Virus record (IMG/VR): IMGVR_UViG_3300028735_000003
Coordinates: 289,766 to 353,765 of that record
Direction: 5' to 3' (one strand)
Length of the DNA stretch: 64,000 nt
Shown here: positions 59,250 through 64,000 of the stretch, piece after piece
How positions within the stretch are numbered: the first letter of the stretch is position 1
How the letters are laid out: every line of letters begins with the position of its first letter
The notes under the pieces: model-generated
Told to the model about the DNA's origin: nothing
What the model saw: the letters and a program-made list of their open reading frames with translations, nothing else
Databases searched by the model: none
Translations under genes and position numbers: made by a program

Positions 59250-61913
59250 CTATACCTCATAGTCTTTTCCACCCATAATTATCTTTTTAATTTCTGGATC
59301 TACAGAATAATTATTCAACAATATCTTATCAATTTCATCATTATTTAAATCAAGCAATCTGAGTTGAACTTTATAAGAAATATTGAAGTGTTTAGCTAAT
59401 GATTTAAGATCATTAATCGGTGGATTACTATCAATAAATTTTAAGCGTTGTTCTTCTGTACCGACATTGATTATATAGTTGTTGTCAAATTCTTTTTTAG
59501 GAAACTCTCTAGTAGGTAATATCCGCTTAGGTTTAGCTTCTTCATATTTATCTTCATCTTCATATTCATCTTTAATAGACACATCATTATCTCTATCTAA
59601 TAAATCTAATATTTCTGGTGGTGTATTTTTGTTATCTTTAACAATTTTTCTAACAATAGCATCATTGTCTTTAGCTAATAAAGCTAATGTCTCTGGAAAT
59701 GTATTATTATTTGCTGCAACATATCGTCTAACATATACATCATTATCTTTAGCTAATAAAGCTAGTGCTTCTGGAGGTGTATTGTTGTTTTTTGCAATAT
59801 TCTGCCTAACAACTTCATAATTATCTTTAGATAATAAAGCTAATATTTCTGGTGATGTATTCTTGTGTGATGCAACGCTTGCTCTAATATAGACATCATT
59901 GTCTTTAGCTAATAAAGCTAGTATTTCTGAAGATGTATTTTTGTTTGATGCAACATTATGTCTAACATAATAATCCTTATCTTTAGACAATAAAGCTAGT
60001 GCTTCTGGAGGTGTATTGTTGTTTTTTGAAACATTTTTCCTAACATAATAATCATTATCTCTAGCTAACAAAGCTAATATTTCTTGCGGTGTATTATTGT
60101 TTTCTGCAACAGTTTGTCTAATATAGGCACTATCACCTTTAGCTAATCTAGCCAATATTTCTGGAGGTGCCTTATTATTTTTTGCAACACTTTGTATGAC
60201 ACCTCCATAACTATCTTTAGCCAATAAAGCTAATATTTCGGGAGATGTATTATTATTTTCTGCAACATATTGTCTAACAAACATGCTATTATCTTTAGCT
60301 AATAAAGCCAATGTCTCTGTGGATGTATTATTGTTTGATGCAACACGTTGTCTAACAACAACATCATTATCTTTAGCTAATGAAGCTAATATTTCTGGCG
60401 GTGTATTTTTGTTTTCTACAACATTTAGTCTGATATCCCTATCATAATCTTTAGATAATAAAACTAATATTTCTGAAGGTGTTCTAACGTTTATTGCAAC
60501 AGCCATTCTAATATTGTAATTATCATCTTTAGATAATAATGCTAATGTCTCCTGAGACGTATTATTATTTTTTGCAACACATTCTCTAACATATACACTA
60601 TTATCTTTAGCTAATAAAGCTAATGTTGCTGGAGATGTATTCTTGTGTAATGCAACAAGTTGTCTAACATGTTCATCATCGTCTTTAGCTAGTAAACCCA
60701 ATGTTTCTGGAGATGTGTTCTTGTTTGATGCAACATGTTCTCTAACAGATACATCATTATCTTTGCCCAATAAATCTAATATTTCTGGTGGTGTATTGTT
60801 GTTTCCCGCAACATGTTTTCTTACATACACGTTATTATCTTTAGCTAATAAAACTAATGCTTCTGGAGGTGTATTATTATTATCTGCAACAGCTTGTCTA
60901 ATATATTCATTATCACCTTTAGCTAATTTAGCTAATATCCTTGGATCAGTTTCCTTTTCTGTTAGTACTAGCTTAAATTCATCATTTAAATATTTATAAG
61001 CCTGAATTTTTTGATTATACTGTATATCATGTTCCATTATATAAGAAACAATATCAACCTGTTTTTTAATATTGTGATATTTTTTAGGAAAATAAGACAA
61101 GTCAAAATGAGGGTTAACAGAAATAGCAACAGCCATAAAATGATTAAATTCTTCTGGAGACAATAATCCCTCCATTGCGTAAACAACAGCTCCTGCAGGA
61201 AAAGCTTCAGCGTCTTTAATAATTATTTCTTTTACTAAATTATAACCAGATATATCTTCTGGCTTATAAATTTTGTCAGTAGCATCAAACGCCTGTATTT
61301 TTAATACTTTATTGTCTAAATCTCTTTGAACTGCAAAAGCCACTTTATACAAGGTGTTGTGTGAAGGTAAAGTCTTATCTATAAGATAATAAATTACAGT
61401 GTTGTGATTTATATAGTTTTCATAATAAGGAACATCTTGAGATGTTACACACCATTTTGTGCCAGATCCAAAAGAACATGCCGCTAAATGAGTATCTGGT
61501 CTAATTAATACATATCTTTCATTCTCAAATAATTTTTTAGCTGATTCATCTTTTACTTCAACAGTTCTTCTAACCTTATTCTCTAGGTCTTTAAGAACTT
61601 TATTTAACTCTTCTAACGAGTTAAACTTCGAAATATCTCTATGTTCTTCAGCAAGAGCTGGTAATTTTCTATCAAACAACTCAATAGAACGTAATAATTC
61701 CTCTTGTGATTCTCCTTTGTCTAATTGATAAACTATCCAATCAAGATATTTCGATTTAACTTTATTTTTTAATTCATCTATTTTAGAAGACAAACGAGGA
61801 TATCTGATTTTTAGATCCTTTACTGACGCGGTCAGTATTATGCTGTATAACCCCATCCTCGAGATCTTATAAAAATTATCAATTGATGATATTAATTGAC
61901 TATACTTGTACAT
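59250..61913 (-). CDS. LRV/HEAT-like repeat protein paralogue 4 (17 repeats plus a partial one)
   Basis: Same architecture. Confidence 0.93.
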   Translation of the reverse strand: MYKYSQLISSIDNFYKISRMGLYSIILTASVKDLKIRYPRLSSKIDELKNKVKSKYLDWIVYQLDKGESQEELLRSIELFDRKLPALAEEHRDISKFNSLEELNKVLKDLENKVRRTVEVKDESAKKLFENERYVLIRPDTHLAACSFGSGTKWCVTSQDVPYYENYINHNTVIYYLIDKTLPSHNTLYKVAFAVQRDLDNKVLKIQAFDATDKIYKPEDISGYNLVKEIIIKDAEAFPAGAVVYAMEGLLSPEEFNHFMAVAISVNPHFDLSYFPKKYHNIKKQVDIVSYIMEHDIQYNQKIQAYKYLNDEFKLVLTEKETDPRILAKLAKGDNEYIRQAVADNNNTPPEALVLLAKDNNVYVRKHVAGNNNTPPEILDLLGKDNDVSVREHVASNKNTSPETLGLLAKDDDEHVRQLVALHKNTSPATLALLAKDNSVYVRECVAKNNNTSQETLALLSKDDNYNIRMAVAINVRTPSEILVLLSKDYDRDIRLNVVENKNTPPEILASLAKDNDVVVRQRVASNNNTSTETLALLAKDNSMFVRQYVAENNNTSPEILALLAKDSYGGVIQSVAKNNKAPPEILARLAKGDSAYIRQTVAENNNTPQEILALLARDNDYYVRKNVSKNNNTPPEALALLSKDKDYYVRHNVASNKNTSSEILALLAKDNDVYIRASVASHKNTSPEILALLSKDNYEVVRQNIAKNNNTPPEALALLAKDNDVYVRRYVAANNNTFPETLALLAKDNDAIVRKIVKDNKNTPPEILDLLDRDNDVSIKDEYEDEDKYEEAKPKRILPTREFPKKEFDNNYIINVGTEEQRLKFIDSNPPINDLKSLAKHFNISYKVQLRLLDLNNDEIDKILLNNYSVDPEIKKIIMGGKDYEV

Positions 61914-61924
61914 TACAATTATAC

Positions 61925-61942
61925 TTACATATTAATATGTAA
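61925..61942. promoter_or_regulatory. 18-bp palindrome upstream of paralogue 4
   Basis: TTACATATTAATATGTAA. Confidence 0.7.
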
Positions 61943-61976
61943 AAATTAAAAAAATTTATAAGTATATCATTACGAA

Positions 61977-64000
61977 TTATATCTCACCATCTCTTCCGCC
62001 TAAAATTATCTTTTTAATTTCTGGATCTACTGCATAATTTTCCAACAATATTTCATTAATTTCATCATTATTTAAATCAAGCAATCTGAGTTGAACTTTA
62101 TAGGAGATATTAAAGTGTTTAGCTAATAATTTAAGATCATTGATCGGCGGATTACTATCAATAAACTTTAGTCGTTCTTCTTCTGTACCAAAATTTATTA
62201 TATATTTGTTTTTATTTTCTATTTCTTTTTTAGGAAATTCTCTAGGAGGTAATATTCGCTTAGGTTTAGCTACTTCATATTCATCTATTAAAGCTAGTAT
62301 TTCTGGAGTAACATTTTTGTTTTTGGCAACGAATTGTCTAACATCTTTATCACTATCTTTAGCCAATAAAGCTAATGTTTCTTGTGATGTATTATTGTTT
62401 TTTGCAACATTTTTTCTAACATCTTTATCACTATCTTTAGCTAATAAAACTAATGTTTCTGTAGATGTATTATTATTCGATGCAACATTTTCTCTAACAC
62501 CCAAATCATTATCTTTAGATAATAAAGCTAATATTTGATGAGTTGTCTTATTATTTAATGCAACATTTCGTCTAACAATTACATAATTATCTTTAGCTAA
62601 TAAAGACAATGTTTCTTGTGGTGTATTATTGTTTTTAGCAACATTTTCTCTGACATATTCACTACTATCATTAGATAATAAAACCAATATTTCTTCAGAT
62701 GTATTATTGTTTCTAGCAACAAATTGCCTAACATTATCATAATCGTCTTTAGCTAATAAAGATAATGTTTGTGTAGATATATTCTTGTTTAATGCAACTA
62801 ATTGTCTAACATATGAATCACGATCTTTAGCTAATAAAGCTAACGTTACTGGAGATGTATTATTGTTTAGTGCAACATGTTGTCTAACATATGAATCACT
62901 ATCTTTATCTAATAAAGCTAACGTTACTGAAGATGTATTATTGTTTCCTGCAACATTTTGTCTAACATATACATTATTATCTTTAGCTAATAAAGCTAAT
63001 GTTTCTGAAGATGTATTATTGTTTCCTGCAATAGTTTTTCTAATATGTAAATCATTATCTTTAGCTAATAAAGCTAATATTTCTTGAGATGTATTATTGT
63101 TTCCTGCAATAGCTCGTCTAATATATAAATCATTATCTTTAGCTAATAAAGCTAATATTTCTTGAGGTGTATTATTGTTTCCTGCAATAGCTCGTCTAAT
63201 ATAGTTATCATTATCTTTAGCTAATAAAGCTAATATTTCTTGAGGTGTATTATTGTTTCCTGCAATAGCTCGTCTAATATAGTTATCATTATCTTTAGCT
63301 AATATATCCAATATCCTAGGATCAGTTTCTTTTTCTATTAATGCGCGCCTAAATTCATTATTTAAATATTTATAAGCTTGAAGTTTTTGATCATATTGTA
63401 TATTATGCTTCATAATATATGAAACAATGCTAGCATGTCTTTTAATATAATGATATTTTTCAGGAAAACGATATATATTAAAATTAGGATCAATAGAAAT
63501 AGCAACAGCCATAAAATGATTAAATTCTTCTGTAGACAATAATCCTTCCATGGCGTAAACAATAGCACCTGCAGGAAAAGCTTCGGCATCCTTAATAATT
63601 ATTTCTTTCACTAAATTATAACCAGGTATATCCTCTGGTTTATAAATTTTATCAGTCGCATCAAACGCCTCTATTTCTAATACCTTATTGTCTAGATCTC
63701 TTTGAGCCGCAAAAGCCACTTTATATAATATATTGTGTGAAGGTAAAGTCTTATCTATAAAATAATAGATTACAACATTGTGATTTATATAGTTTTCATA
63801 GTGAGGAAATTCTTGAGATGTTATACACCATCTTGTACCAGATCCAAAAGAACATGCCGCTAAATGAGTATCTGGTCTAATTAATACATATCTTTCATTC
63901 TCAAATAATTTTTTAGCTGATTCATCTTTTACTTCAACAGTTCTTCTAACCTTATTCTCTAGGTCTTTAAGAACTTTATTTAACTCTTCTAACGAGTTAA
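61977..64000 (-). CDS. LRV/HEAT-like repeat protein paralogue 5 (13 repeats), 5' end beyond the window
   Basis: Frame stays open upstream of the called GTG at 63719 and matches the N-terminal domain of the paralogues up to the window edge. Confidence 0.9.
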   Translation of the reverse strand, partial: NSLEELNKVLKDLENKVRRTVEVKDESAKKLFENERYVLIRPDTHLAACSFGSGTRWCITSQEFPHYENYINHNVVIYYFIDKTLPSHNILYKVAFAAQRDLDNKVLEIEAFDATDKIYKPEDIPGYNLVKEIIIKDAEAFPAGAIVYAMEGLLSTEEFNHFMAVAISIDPNFNIYRFPEKYHYIKRHASIVSYIMKHNIQYDQKLQAYKYLNNEFRRALIEKETDPRILDILAKDNDNYIRRAIAGNNNTPQEILALLAKDNDNYIRRAIAGNNNTPQEILALLAKDNDLYIRRAIAGNNNTSQEILALLAKDNDLHIRKTIAGNNNTSSETLALLAKDNNVYVRQNVAGNNNTSSVTLALLDKDSDSYVRQHVALNNNTSPVTLALLAKDRDSYVRQLVALNKNISTQTLSLLAKDDYDNVRQFVARNNNTSEEILVLLSNDSSEYVRENVAKNNNTPQETLSLLAKDNYVIVRRNVALNNKTTHQILALLSKDNDLGVRENVASNNNTSTETLVLLAKDSDKDVRKNVAKNNNTSQETLALLAKDSDKDVRQFVAKNKNVTPEILALIDEYEVAKPKRILPPREFPKKEIENKNKYIINFGTEEERLKFIDSNPPINDLKLLAKHFNISYKVQLRLLDLNNDEINEILLENYAVDPEIKKIILGGRDGEI

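Noticed and set aside
52029-63087. Plus-strand ORFs such as MSYSISFLGNSL... and SLSLANKAN repeats (also 47205-47585)
   Set aside because: Antisense shadows of the repeat genes; the repeat codons rarely create stops on the opposite strand.
61977-63719. Paralogue 5 as an N-terminally truncated 580-aa gene
   Set aside because: The frame is open and homologous up to the window edge; the short call is an edge artefact.
51797-64000. CRISPR array or diversity-generating retroelement behind the 78-bp periodicity
   Set aside because: The units are in-frame coding repeats with synonymous variation and no constant repeat/unique spacer structure. No cas genes, reverse transcriptase or non-coding template repeat are in the window, and variation is not confined to adenines.

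Overview
Strongly AT-rich segment, almost all genes on the minus strand, best read as part of a jumbo (large tailed) bacteriophage genome. Support: rIIA/rIIB, T4-like RNA ligase and polynucleotide kinase, two inteins, scattered tRNAs, a tmRNA, many orphan ORFs and no ribosomal-protein or other core cellular operons. Layout: 1-12 kb has host-like maintenance and proteostasis genes (AAA ATPase, topoisomerase IA, FtsK motor, DUF192, an active ClpP plus a triad-less ClpR-like partner, DksA/TraR, two HU-like proteins). 12-18 kb has degenerate enzymes, relics, tRNA-Arg(CCT), tmRNA and a Thg1-like gene. 18.6-23.2 kb is a glycosyltransferase/methyltransferase/kinase cluster. 26-45 kb has Hsp20, RNA repair genes, thioredoxin, two MoxR ATPases (one with a class 3 intein), an intein-bearing nucleotidyltransferase, purA, rIIB/rIIA and a VWA-metallopeptidase. 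44.5-51.6 kb has two internally deleted IS200/IS605 TnpB elements, tRNA-Arg(TCT), macrodomain, DenV-like glycosylase, an IS-interrupted PARP-like gene, an uncalled Flp pilin gene and an (AAT)23 microsatellite. 51.8-64 kb is a tandem array of at least five paralogues carrying about 73 variable 26-aa LRV/HEAT-like repeats, each gene preceded by an 18-bp palindrome. The repeat array and the phage-borne pilin are the strongest novelty candidates. All family assignments come from motif recognition by eye; no database search was run.
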